DNA of 48,542 nucleotides from Sphingomonas sp. (GCA_036383655.1 DASVNU010000114.1:1-48542); one strand, 5' to 3'. Positions 10,041 to 19,611 are shown, counted from the stretch's first letter. Notes: generated from the letters alone by a model not told the origin. A program made the numbers and translations.

Positions 10041-10175
10041 CCCTCTCCCGCAGGCGGGAGAGCGAGAGGCCCGCGAAGCGGGAGGGTGAGGGTCTTCTTT
10101 CTTCTTTTTAGCGAAAGCCGCTTGGAAGAAGAAAGAAGGCCCTCACCCAAACCCTCTCCCGTAAACGGGAGAGGG
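10041..10175. repeat. Composite palindromic element (family B)
   Basis: Terminal CCCTCTCCC-GGGAGAG hairpins, CCGCGAAGCGG hairpin, inner inverted repeat GGTGAGGGTCTTCTTTCTTCTT / AAGAAGAAAGAAGGCCCTCACC. Confidence 0.88.
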
Positions 10176-10185
10176 CTTCTTTTTG

Positions 10186-10578
10186 TCAGGCCGGTTGCAG
10201 CGCCCTGAAGTAGCGAACGGTCTCGTCGGATACACCCGCCAGCAGCACCCGCAGGCGATCGTCGAACGCGTCGCTCGATTCTCGCCGGTCGCGATAGATC
10301 ATCGTCCAATCGCCGAATTCACGACGCGCGATCGGCCGGTCGACCAGGATCGTGAGGTCCCGATGACGGCCATCGCTGTACAGGCGTGCCAGCAGATCGG
10401 ACATACTGTCCGATGGCCCCTCGATCGCCTGAAGAAACGTGTCGGCCTCGGTGTAGAGCAGCCCGGTAATACCGTCGATGCCATTGCGCGCGACCGCCTG
10501 GCGCAGGATACCCGGAATATCCTCGGCGGCGTGGCCGCTGTCTGCGGTTGTCGTGCTACGATAGATGATCTGACGCAT
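10186..10578 (-). CDS. Stand-alone BLUF blue-light sensor protein
   Basis: IIYRS (Tyr), RNGIDGITGLL, FLQAIEG (Gln), DGRH, FGDWTM (Trp/Met). Confidence 0.92.
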   Translation of the reverse strand: MRQIIYRSTTTADSGHAAEDIPGILRQAVARNGIDGITGLLYTEADTFLQAIEGPSDSMSDLLARLYSDGRHRDLTILVDRPIARREFGDWTMIYRDRRESSDAFDDRLRVLLAGVSDETVRYFRALQPA

Positions 10579-10692
10579 AAGCTACTCCTTACAAGCCCCG
10601 ATGCTGCCACAGGCAGGCCCGAATATCGTTGCGGTGGATCAGTCTTTCGCGCTGGACTTTCTTAACCATCGGCGGCTAGGGCTGAACGAGAG

Positions 10693-10740
10693 ATGACGAT
10701 CGGGCTCGGCCTTACCCTGCTTCGACTTACGCGCCCTTAG
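10693..10740 (+). CDS. leuA leader peptide MTIGLGLTLLRLTRP
   Basis: 15 codons, 5 of them Leu; GAGAG RBS-like sequence; 86 nt upstream of leuA. Confidence 0.8.
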   Translation: MTIGLGLTLLRLTRP

Positions 10741-10791
10741 GCGCGTAGTTCATCCCGCGTGCCGGTAACGGCGCGCACCGCGCCTAAGGGC
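10733..10791 (+). promoter_or_regulatory. leuA leader RNA stem-loop
   Basis: Perfect 13-bp stem GCCCTTAGGCGCG / CGCGCCTAAGGGC containing the leader stop codon and enclosing a GTAA-tetraloop hairpin. Confidence 0.8.
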
Positions 10792-10826
10792 CTGACCCTC
10801 CCCGCCTCACTCAGACGAGAAGAGCC

Positions 10827-12488
10827 ATGCTGCGCGATCCATCGACCAAATACCGACCCTTCCCGACCATAAACCTGCCCGACCGGCAATGGCCGTCGCG
10901 GACGATCACCAAGGCGCCGATCTGGCTGTCGACCGACATGCGCGACGGCAATCAGGCGCTGATCGACCCGATGGATGCCGAAAAGAAGACCCGCTTCTTC
11001 GACCTGATCGTCAAAACCGGGATCAAGGAGATCGAGGTCGGCTTTCCGGCGAGCGGTGCCACCGATTTCGACTATATCCAGGGGCTGGTCCGCTCAGGCC
11101 GCGTGCCCGACGACGTCACGCTCCAGGTGTTGACCCAGGCACGCCGCGACCTGATCGAAACCACTTTCGACAGCCTGAACGGGGCGCCATCCGCGATCGT
11201 CCATCTGTACAACGCCGTCTCGCCGGCATGGCGCAAGATCGTGTTCGGCATGACCAAGGACGAGATCAAGGCGATCGCGGTCGATGGCGCGAAGATGCTG
11301 CGCGATTGCGCCGCGGCGCGGCCCGGCACCGACTGGCGGTTCGAATATAGCCCGGAAACCTTTTCCACCGCCGAAGTGGATTTCTCGATCGAGGTCTGCG
11401 CCGCGGTGATGGACGTGCTCCAGCCGACGCCGGACAAGCCGATCATCTTCAACCTGCCGGCGACGGTCGAATGCGCGACGCCCAACGTCTATGCCGACCA
11501 GATCGAATTGTTCGGGCGCAATATTCCCAACCGCGACAGCGTGATCATCAGCCTGCACACGCATAACGACCGTGGCACCGGAGTCGCGGCCGCCGAAATG
11601 GGCCTGATGGCCGGCGCGGACCGCGTCGAGGGCTGCCTGTTGGGCAATGGCGAGCGGACCGGCAATTGCGACCTCGTGACGGTCGCGCTGAACATGTACA
11701 CGCAAGGGATCGATCCGAAGCTCGACCTCTCCGACATCGACCAGATCATCAACACGGTGACCTATTGCACCAATCTGCCGGTGCATCCCCGCCACGCTTA
11801 TGCCGGCGAACTGGTCTATACGTCCTTCTCGGGATCGCATCAGGACGCGATCAAGAAGGGGTTCGCCGCGCGCGAACGGCAGAATGACGATGTCTGGGAA
11901 GTCCCCTATCTGCCGATCGATCCCGCCGATCTCGGCCGCAGCTACGAAGCGGTGATCCGGGTCAATTCGCAGTCGGGCAAGGGCGGCGTCGCCTGGATCC
12001 TGGAACAGGACAAGGGACTGAAGCTCCCCAAGCGCCTGCAGGCCGATTTCTCGAAGCACGTCCAGGCCCTGGCAGACCAAACCAGCCGCGAGCTCGACGC
12101 CGACGACATCTGGCAGCTCTTTCAGCGCACGTACCTGCCCTATGGCGGCGAACGACTGCAGCTCCAGGCCTATGACGAAACACGCGCACCCAATGGCGAA
12201 CGCATCTTCGCCGGCAGCATCGCCGAGACGGGCAGCGTCAAATCGGTGAGCGGACGCGGCAACGGACTGATCTCCAGCGTGCTGGCCGGCATCCGCGACG
12301 GGTTCGGAATCGAGCTCGAGGTGGCGGACTATGTCGAGCACGCGATCGGGCACGGCAGCGACGTCCAGGCCGCCGCCTATGTCGAATGCCGCGCGGCGGA
12401 CGGCGGGACGATCTGGGGAGTCGGCATCGACGAGGACGTCGCGACCGCCAGCGTGCGCGCGGTGCTGAGCGCGGCGAACCGGGCCTGA
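10827..12488 (+). CDS. leuA: 2-isopropylmalate synthase (yeast/LEU4 type)
   Basis: [37 protein letters not shown]. Confidence 0.97.
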   Translation: MLRDPSTKYRPFPTINLPDRQWPSRTITKAPIWLSTDMRDGNQALIDPMDAEKKTRFFDLIVKTGIKEIEVGFPASGATDFDYIQGLVRSGRVPDDVTLQVLTQARRDLIETTFDSLNGAPSAIVHLYNAVSPAWRKIVFGMTKDEIKAIAVDGAKMLRDCAAARPGTDWRFEYSPETFSTAEVDFSIEVCAAVMDVLQPTPDKPIIFNLPATVECATPNVYADQIELFGRNIPNRDSVIISLHTHNDRGTGVAAAEMGLMAGADRVEGCLLGNGERTGNCDLVTVALNMYTQGIDPKLDLSDIDQIINTVTYCTNLPVHPRHAYAGELVYTSFSGSHQDAIKKGFAARERQNDDVWEVPYLPIDPADLGRSYEAVIRVNSQSGKGGVAWILEQDKGLKLPKRLQADFSKHVQALADQTSRELDADDIWQLFQRTYLPYGGERLQLQAYDETRAPNGERIFAGSIAETGSVKSVSGRGNGLISSVLAGIRDGFGIELEVADYVEHAIGHGSDVQAAAYVECRAADGGTIWGVGIDEDVATASVRAVLSAANRA

Positions 12489-12518
12489 TTGAGCCCGAGC
12501 GCGCCGCCGTTTCCCATC

Positions 12519-12544
12519 ACCACCCCGGCGAAGGCCGGGGTGGT
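12519..12544. repeat. Single REP-like hairpin (family A half); possible terminator between convergent genes
   Basis: ACCACCCCGGC-GAAG-GCCGGGGTGGT. Confidence 0.65.
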
Positions 12545-12565
12545 TCTATTTTGAAGGTCTGATAT

Positions 12566-13177
12566 TCATTCTGCCACCCGCTTGAACACCAGTAATCCCG
12601 GCGCCGTTGGCCGCTTCTCGCGCGTGACATTGTCCCACACGCCGGGAAAACTGCCGATGCGCAATTCGTTGCCCGAGACCCAGCCGCGCTCATAAAGCGT
12701 CGTGCCCGCCGCCGGAAACGTCCAGGGCGCGCATGTCCGCCCGGCAACCGACCGCGCGACGCCGAGTTGCCAGCCGCCACCGAACCCGCAGCCCGATCCC
12801 GGCCCGCCGGCGTTATAGATGGTCACGACCTCCTGATCGTTGGCGGTCGTCGTAATCGCATCGACGCGATGATCGAAGTCGACGGTGCCGTCAGCTCCAG
12901 CCTGCATGTTGGCGATCCTGCCGCGATAGTCGGTGCGGACGGTCGGCGTATCGCAATTGCTATGGGCATATATTTGCGACGACGCGGTGATCCTGCCGCG
13001 CTTGATGTCCAGTCGCGTGATGAAGCCGTGTCGGCCGTTCTTGCCGATCGGCTGGCAAGCGGTCTGCCATGAGCCTTCGATCGCCGACCGCGTCGCGGCG
13101 GTAGCGGCGGTAGCGGCGTTCGGCATGGCGGTAACAGCCAGCCGCAATCCGAGGACACCCAGCATGACAAGCTTCAT
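12566..13177 (-). CDS. Secreted hypothetical protein, APCDD1-like domain (by eye)
   Basis: ATG 13177 overlaps the folB stop (ATGA). Signal peptide; motifs GSWQTAC, FITR, YAHSNCDTPT, CGFGGGWQLGV, EKRPT; 4 Cys. Confidence 0.65.
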   Translation of the reverse strand: MKLVMLGVLGLRLAVTAMPNAATAATAATRSAIEGSWQTACQPIGKNGRHGFITRLDIKRGRITASSQIYAHSNCDTPTVRTDYRGRIANMQAGADGTVDFDHRVDAITTTANDQEVVTIYNAGGPGSGCGFGGGWQLGVARSVAGRTCAPWTFPAAGTTLYERGWVSGNELRIGSFPGVWDNVTREKRPTAPGLLVFKRVAE

Positions 13178-13545
13178 CGTCCGTCCGCCTCTCTTGTCCG
13201 CGTGATCGCGCAGCCAATCCGTGCGTCCGGGTAGATGTCGGGCTTGGTCGACCTGACCGTCACCCCGATCACGCGGGGATCGGCGAAGCACAGCGTTGCA
13301 ATGCGTTCGCACAGCACTTCCTGCAGCATGACATGTCCGCCGGCCGCGATCGCCAGCACGCCTTCCCGGATATGGTCATAATCGACCACCGCCTCGATGC
13401 GGTCCTCGGGCACCGCCGGATAGGCGCAGGTCATCGCCACCGACACCAAAACGCGCTGCGGACCGGCAAGCTCCTCGGCATGGATGCCCAGCCCCATCCG
13501 GACCTCGAGCCCGTCGAGGCGGATCGTGTAGGTCGCCTCAGCCAT
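13174..13545 (-). CDS. folB: Dihydroneopterin aldolase / FolX-type epimerase family
   Basis: GIHAEE...PQRV, VVDYD, LQE, TKP motifs; in an operon with folE. Confidence 0.85.
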   Translation of the reverse strand: MAEATYTIRLDGLEVRMGLGIHAEELAGPQRVLVSVAMTCAYPAVPEDRIEAVVDYDHIREGVLAIAAGGHVMLQEVLCERIATLCFADPRVIGVTVRSTKPDIYPDARIGCAITRTREADGR

Positions 13546-14311
13546 CGCGGCGTCCCGGGGTCGAAAACATCACGTCTCCCTCGCGCTTCAAAAAGCGCTG
13601 GCCGTTATCGAGAAACAGATTGTGCCCCGTCACCGCCGGCGTGGTGAGGAGATAATCGACCGCCCGCGCGATCTCCTCGATCGGCACCGGGCGACGCAGC
13701 AAATTCTCACCCGCGACGCTGTCGAATTCCGCATCGCTCTGATCGCCGCTCGGGAGCGTCAGGCCGGGCGAGATGGCGTTGACCCGCACGCGCGGCGCCA
13801 ACGCCTGGGCTAGCATCGTCGTCGCTCCCTCGAGTGCGATCTTGGTCAAGGTATAGCTGAAGAAATCGGGGTTGAGGTTGGCCACCTTCTGGTCGAGCAG
13901 ATTGACCACCGCGCCATCCTGCAACTCGTCCTGCTCCGCCAGCGCGCACGCCAGCGCGGTCGGCGCCGCGAGGTTCACGGCGGTCAGACGGGCCAGCAAG
14001 GCAGGATCGAAGTGCGGCGGCCGGTCGAATTCGAACACCGAGGCGCAGTTGACCAGGCCGTCGATCGGACCGTCCATCGCGTTGCGCGCCGCGCGCAGGA
14101 TCGCGGAGGCGGCATCCGGCGCGGCGAGATCGCCGACCACCGTCGCGATGCGATCCCCGGAAGGATCGAGTTCCTGCGCCAGCGCCACCGCATCCTCGTC
14201 ATGCGGATAGTGGTGATGGATCACCACGCGATGTCCTGCGCCGGCCAGCGTACGAACGATCGCCGCGCCGATCCGCCGTGAGCCGCCAGTGACCAGGATC
14301 GTGCGGATCAC
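13538..14311 (-). CDS. SDR oxidoreductase, FolM/PTR1-like pteridine reductase
   Basis: TGGSRRIG, VNCAS, YTLTK (YxxxK), RVNAISPG; lies between folE and folB. Confidence 0.8.
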   Translation of the reverse strand: MIRTILVTGGSRRIGAAIVRTLAGAGHRVVIHHHYPHDEDAVALAQELDPSGDRIATVVGDLAAPDAASAILRAARNAMDGPIDGLVNCASVFEFDRPPHFDPALLARLTAVNLAAPTALACALAEQDELQDGAVVNLLDQKVANLNPDFFSYTLTKIALEGATTMLAQALAPRVRVNAISPGLTLPSGDQSDAEFDSVAGENLLRRPVPIEEIARAVDYLLTTPAVTGHNLFLDNGQRFLKREGDVMFSTPGRRDG

Positions 14312-14321
14312 GCTGAGCGCC

Positions 14322-14948
14322 CTAACCCTGCATGTCCATCAGCGCCAATATCTCGCGCCGGCTGCGTTCGTCGTCGCGGAACACGCCCATCATACGGCTG
14401 GTGACCATCGACACGCCCGGCGTGCGCACACCGCGCGCGGTCATGCAGGCGTGCGTCGCCTCGATCACCACCGCGACACCCTGGGGCTTCAGATTGTCCC
14501 AGATGCAATCGGCGACTTCCGCGGTCAGCCGTTCCTGGACCTGCAGGCGCCGCGCGAAGCCGTGGAGCACGCGCGCCAGTTTGGAGATTCCGACCACGCG
14601 ATCCTTCGGCAGATAGGCGATGTGCGCCTTGCCGATGATCGGCGCCATGTGGTGCTCGCAATGCGACTGGAAGGGAATATCCTTGAGCAGCACGATGTCG
14701 TCATAACCGCCGACTTCCTCGAACACCCGCTTCAGATGCATCGCCGGATCGTCCTGATAGCCGGCGCAATATTCCTTCCACGCGCGCGCCACGCGCAACG
14801 GCGTGTCGACCAACCCTTCGCGGTCCGGTTTGTCGCCGGCCCAGCGAATCAGCGTGCGGACCGCGTCGGCCACGTCGTCGGGCACCGGAATTTTTGGTGC
14901 GGCAGCCACCAGATCGCCGTCATTCAAATCTTCGTCATGGTCATTCAT
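14322..14948 (-). CDS. folE: GTP cyclohydrolase I
   Basis: [34 protein letters not shown]. Confidence 0.97.
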   Translation of the reverse strand: MNDHDEDLNDGDLVAAAPKIPVPDDVADAVRTLIRWAGDKPDREGLVDTPLRVARAWKEYCAGYQDDPAMHLKRVFEEVGGYDDIVLLKDIPFQSHCEHHMAPIIGKAHIAYLPKDRVVGISKLARVLHGFARRLQVQERLTAEVADCIWDNLKPQGVAVVIEATHACMTARGVRTPGVSMVTSRMMGVFRDDERSRREILALMDMQG

Positions 14949-15179
14949 GGTTATCGATCCGGCCTTTCAAACCTGAGTGACGTTACGGCAGGGCCGCAAA
15001 ATCGAGCCTTGGGTACGGTCCATACTGTTTCTTTTAAGCAACAGACCGGGAAACCCGCCGTTTTCCGTGCCCGAAGGCCATTGACGCCGCAAGACCAAGC
15101 TACCTAGGCTCATGCCACTTCGTCGGAAACCACGCCAACCGGCATAAAGATCGGGGCGTATGCATGAGGGGATGTACCC

Positions 15180-18176
15180 ATGAAGAAAGTCGAACTGCTC
15201 GCCGCGTCCGCAATCGCGCTGATCGCGGCCACGCCGGCCATGGCGCAGAACGCGCCGGCGCCAGCGCCTCAAGCCACACCCGACCAGGATAACGGCGCTA
15301 CCGCCGGCTATGGCCAGGACATCGTGATCACCGCGCAGCGGCAATCGGAGCGGCTGCAGGACGTGCCGATCGCGGTCAGCGCCTTCACCGCCGCGGCGCT
15401 CGACAAGCAACAGATCGTCAACCCCCTCGCGCTGCAGCAATCGCTGCCCAACATCACCTATACCAAGACCAATTTCACCGGATCGAGCTTCACGATCCGC
15501 GGCATCGGTGATCTGTGCACCGGCACGTCGTGCGACAGCGCGACCGCGATCCACGTCAACGACATGCCGCTCGGCAGCACGCGCCTGTTCGAAAGCGAAT
15601 TCTTCGACCTCGAGCGCGTCGAAGTGCTGCGTGGCCCGCAGGGCACGCTGTTCGGCCGCAACGCGACCTCTGGCGTCGTCAACTTCATCACCGCCAAGCC
15701 CGATCTGTCGGGCATCCATGCCGCCGGCGAATTCGAATATGGCAATTTCGATTCGAAAAAAGCCAAGGCGATGTTCAACCTGCCGATCACCAGCACCCTC
15801 GGGGTGCGCGTGGCGGGCGTGTACCTGAAGCGCGATGGCTTCACCAACAACCTCTATGACGGCAGCAAGATCGACGGCCGCGACCTCTATTCGGTGCGCG
15901 GTACGCTGTCGTGGGAGCCGGACAGCAACACCCGCCTCGACCTCATGGGCTATTATTTCCATGAGAAGGACAATCGCGACCGTATCCAGAAGCAGCTCTG
16001 CCATCGCGACCCGACCGGCGTCCTGGGCTGCTTGCCCGACCGCCTCGCGTTTCAGACGACCAACGGCAATTCCACCTTGGCGGCGATCCAGTCATCGAGT
16101 CAGTTCCTGACTCTCGCGAGCGGCGGCAGCGCCACCGCCGCGAGTCTGGCGCTGGGGAGCGTCTATGGCACCGACAATTTCGCCAATGCTATTAACCCGG
16201 CGAATAATCGTACGGTCGATGTCGATTTCAACCCGACCTATTTTGCCGAGGAAGAACAATATCAGGCCAAGTTCTTCCATGACTTCGGCGGCGTTTCACT
16301 GAACCTCGTCGGCGGCTATGCACGCAACTCGGTCGACTCGCGGACCGACTATACCAATGCGGTCGAGCGGACGCTGAACGGCAACCCCGGTCTCCAGACG
16401 CTCCAATTCCTGGCGTCGCTGCCCCCCGCCGCGCTTGGATTGGCGGCGAACCCGTTCACCGCGCTCGCTTCCAAGATCATTCCACACGGCGCGAATGGCC
16501 CGGTCTGTCAGTCCGACGCGACGCCGAACGACGGCGGCGTTTATTCGGGCGCCAGCATCGGCTGCTACAACCAGAGCCTCGATTTCGATCGGTCCAACGC
16601 CAATTACCGGCAATATTCGATCGAAGGGCATATCGACAGCCACTTCAACGGGATGTTCAACTTCCTGTTGGGCGGCATCTACATGGACGCCAAGGTTCGC
16701 GACAACAGCTATTATGTGAACTCGTTCGGGCTCGATTATACGGCGGGTCTGTTGCCCGCTCTGGCGACGGCCGGCGGCAAACCGCTTCCGGCGGGCGTCG
16801 TGTTCGGCACGCCCTTTTATCGCAACGACGAAGACACGTTCCGGATCAAGTCGTACGGCATTTTCGGCGAGACCTATTTCGCGTTCACCGACAAGCTCAA
16901 GCTCACGCTCGGCCTGCGCTACAACCATGATCAGAAATATCTGAAGGCGCGGACCACCTATCTCGTCGACAGCACGCTGCCGACCGCGAACAATCCGTTC
17001 CTTCTCTACGGCTCGACCAATCTGAGCCAGGCACTCAACGCGGCAGCGCTCGACTATGATGCGACCCGGCCCGGCGTCCAGCCGTTCACCGAAGACAACG
17101 TCACCTTCTCACGCCTGACCGGGCGAGCGGTGCTCGATTACAAGATCACGCCGAACAACCTGATCTACGCCTCCTATTCGCGCGGCTACAAATCGGGCGG
17201 CATCAATCCGCCGCTGTCGCCGGTATTCGCGGTGCCGACCAGCTTCGCGCCGGAAAAGGTCGACGCGTTCGAAATCGGATCGAAGAACACCTTCATGAAT
17301 GGCGCGCTGCGCCTCAATCTGACCGGATTCTATTACAAATACGGCAATTTGCAGCTCGCCCGCATCGTCGCCCGCACCGCGGTCAACGACAATGTCAGCG
17401 CCGACATCTACGGCCTCGAAGCCGAAGCGGTCATCAGCCCGATCCCGGCATTCGTGATCAACGCGAACTTCAGCTACCTGCATTCGAAGGTGTCGTCGGA
17501 CAAGTTCCTGGGCAATCCGCGCGATCCGTCGGGCGGCAATACCAACGCGGTGATCATCAAGGACATCACGAACGCTTCGAATTGCGCAGTGGTTGGCGCC
17601 TCGGCCGCTGCCGCGGTGAAGTATGTAAACACGATCAACGGCGCCATCGGCACAAGCGTAGGCAATCCGGCACTGCTCGCACCCGCGACGCAGGTGTTGT
17701 CGAACGGCACGTTCGGCGCCTATTCGGTTTGCGCACAGCTTCAGGCCTCCGCGCCGACGGTCGGCTCGCTATTTGGTGGCATTTCGTTCGCCCCCTCCGG
17801 CGTGCCGGTCAATATCAAGGGCAACCAGCTGCCCCAGGCACCGACCTACAAATTTGCGGTGGGCGCCCAGTATACGATCGACATGGGTCACGACATCACG
17901 CTCGTGCCGCGCGTCGACCTCAACTATACCGGCAACAGCTACGCCTCGATCTTCAACGGCAATATCGACCGCCTGCCGGGTTACGAGGTGATCAACGCGC
18001 AGCTCCAGCTCAACGGTCGCGACAGCCGCTGGTACGTGCGTGGGTTCGTCAAGAACCTGACCAACAATGGGGCGATCACCGGTCAGTATGTGACCGACCA
18101 GTCGTCGGGCCTGTTCACCAACGTCTTCACGATCGAACCGCGGCAATACGGCGCCGCGATCGGCTTCAAGTTCTGA
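15180..18176 (+). CDS. TonB-dependent receptor
   Basis: Signal peptide, DIVITAQR TonB box, RVEVLRGPQGTLFGRN plug, SRGYKSGG, C-terminal Phe. Confidence 0.96.
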   Translation: MKKVELLAASAIALIAATPAMAQNAPAPAPQATPDQDNGATAGYGQDIVITAQRQSERLQDVPIAVSAFTAAALDKQQIVNPLALQQSLPNITYTKTNFTGSSFTIRGIGDLCTGTSCDSATAIHVNDMPLGSTRLFESEFFDLERVEVLRGPQGTLFGRNATSGVVNFITAKPDLSGIHAAGEFEYGNFDSKKAKAMFNLPITSTLGVRVAGVYLKRDGFTNNLYDGSKIDGRDLYSVRGTLSWEPDSNTRLDLMGYYFHEKDNRDRIQKQLCHRDPTGVLGCLPDRLAFQTTNGNSTLAAIQSSSQFLTLASGGSATAASLALGSVYGTDNFANAINPANNRTVDVDFNPTYFAEEEQYQAKFFHDFGGVSLNLVGGYARNSVDSRTDYTNAVERTLNGNPGLQTLQFLASLPPAALGLAANPFTALASKIIPHGANGPVCQSDATPNDGGVYSGASIGCYNQSLDFDRSNANYRQYSIEGHIDSHFNGMFNFLLGGIYMDAKVRDNSYYVNSFGLDYTAGLLPALATAGGKPLPAGVVFGTPFYRNDEDTFRIKSYGIFGETYFAFTDKLKLTLGLRYNHDQKYLKARTTYLVDSTLPTANNPFLLYGSTNLSQALNAAALDYDATRPGVQPFTEDNVTFSRLTGRAVLDYKITPNNLIYASYSRGYKSGGINPPLSPVFAVPTSFAPEKVDAFEIGSKNTFMNGALRLNLTGFYYKYGNLQLARIVARTAVNDNVSADIYGLEAEAVISPIPAFVINANFSYLHSKVSSDKFLGNPRDPSGGNTNAVIIKDITNASNCAVVGASAAAAVKYVNTINGAIGTSVGNPALLAPATQVLSNGTFGAYSVCAQLQASAPTVGSLFGGISFAPSGVPVNIKGNQLPQAPTYKFAVGAQYTIDMGHDITLVPRVDLNYTGNSYASIFNGNIDRLPGYEVINAQLQLNGRDSRWYVRGFVKNLTNNGAITGQYVTDQSSGLFTNVFTIEPRQYGAAIGFKF

Positions 18177-18202
18177 CGCCGGAGGCGCCAGCCTCGCATT
18201 CC

Positions 18203-18234
18203 AAAGGCTCCGGGGTTCGCCCCGGAGCCTTTTT
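18203..18234 (+). terminator. Rho-independent terminator
   Basis: AAAGGCTCCGGGG-TTCG-CCCCGGAGCCTTTTT. Confidence 0.9.
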
Positions 18235-18372
18235 CTTGCCCTTGCCGACGCCATGGCCAGAAGAACCGCCGATACCGCGACCGAGAGAGGATGCGATGAT
18301 CGACGATCGCCCCCGCGCCACGATCATCGCGGCCGAGCGCGACAGCTCTGCTTTGCCGGAAGCGCTTAGACC

Positions 18373-19212
18373 CTAGCCCAGCCGCGCGGCGTGCCAGGCG
18401 ACGTGATCGGCCATGAAGGTCGAGATGAAATAGTAACTGTGATCATAGCCCGGCTGCAGCCGCAGCGTCAGGTCGATCCCGGCGCGATGGCAGGCATCCG
18501 CCAGCAATTCGGGCTTGAGCTGGTCGGCGAGAAACTGGTCGGCATCGCCTTGATCGACCAGGATGTCGGGGACGCGCGCGCCATCGTCGATCAACGCGCA
18601 AGCATCATAGGCTCGCCAGTCGGCACGGTCGTCGCCGAGATAGCCTTTCAGCGCTTTCTCTCCCCACGGGCAATGAAGCGGCGACACGATCGGCGAGAAA
18701 GCCGACACGCTGCGGAAGCGGCCGGCATTGCGCAACGCGATCGTCAGCGCGCCATGACCACCCATCGAATGGCCGGTGATACCCTGCCTGGTCATATCGG
18801 CGACGGCGAATTGGGCCGCGATCAGTGCGGGGAGTTCGTCCTCGACATAGGATCGCATCCGGAAGTTGGTCGTCCAGGGCGCCTCGGTCGCGTCGACATA
18901 GAATCCGGCCCCCTTGCCGAAATCATAGGCCTCGTCATCGGGCACGTCGTCACCGCGCGGACTGGTGTCGGGGGCGATGAAGATCACATTATGCTCCGCG
19001 CAGGCCCGGCGGAACTCGCCCTTTTCGGTGACATTGGCGTGCGTGCAAGTCAGGCCCGACAGATACCAGAGCACGGGCAGACGCGCGCCTTCCCGGTGAT
19101 CGGGCACGAACACCGAAAAGGTCATCGGCGTGCCGGTGGCGGTCGAGGCGTGTTCGTACACGCCCTGAACGCCACCGAACGCGCGGTTGCTCGACTTGAG
19201 AGTCAGGCTCAC
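18373..19212 (-). CDS. fghA: S-formylglutathione hydrolase
   Basis: LSGLTC, GHSMGGHGA, YDHSYYF. Confidence 0.96.
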   Translation of the reverse strand: MSLTLKSSNRAFGGVQGVYEHASTATGTPMTFSVFVPDHREGARLPVLWYLSGLTCTHANVTEKGEFRRACAEHNVIFIAPDTSPRGDDVPDDEAYDFGKGAGFYVDATEAPWTTNFRMRSYVEDELPALIAAQFAVADMTRQGITGHSMGGHGALTIALRNAGRFRSVSAFSPIVSPLHCPWGEKALKGYLGDDRADWRAYDACALIDDGARVPDILVDQGDADQFLADQLKPELLADACHRAGIDLTLRLQPGYDHSYYFISTFMADHVAWHAARLG

Positions 19213-19227
19213 GAGATCAACCGATGA

Positions 19228-19611
19228 TCAGGCCGGCACGCGGTGCAGGCCGCACAGCTTGTTGCCGTCGGGATCGCGCAGATAGGCGAGGTACAGCTTC
19301 ATGCCATTGCCCTCGCGAATGCCCGGATCCTCCTCGATCGCCGTTCCGCCATTGGCAACGCCCGCAGCGTGCCAGGCGTCAGCCTGCTCGGGGGTTTCCA
19401 TCGCGAAGCCGATCGTGCTGCCATTGGCATGGCAGGCCGGCTGTCCATCGATTGGCGCGGTGACCATGAAGACGCCGCCATTGTGGAAGTATATCAGTCG
19501 GCCCTTGGGGTCGGACATGCCCTCCTTGCCGCCGATCGCGCCGAACAGCGCATCGTAGAATTTCTTCGAGCGGCCGATATCATTGCTGCCGACCATCATG
19601 TGCGAAAACAT
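19228..19611 (-). CDS. VOC (glyoxalase-like) family protein
   Basis: FSHMMVGSND..RSKKFYD, AYLRDPDGNK. Confidence 0.9.
   Translation of the reverse strand: MFSHMMVGSNDIGRSKKFYDALFGAIGGKEGMSDPKGRLIYFHNGGVFMVTAPIDGQPACHANGSTIGFAMETPEQADAWHAAGVANGGTAIEEDPGIREGNGMKLYLAYLRDPDGNKLCGLHRVPA

Noticed and set aside
13178-13312. N-terminal extension of the 248-aa ORF 12566-13312
   Set aside because: It overlaps folB; ATG 13177 gives a signal peptide, an upstream GAGG and an ATGA coupling
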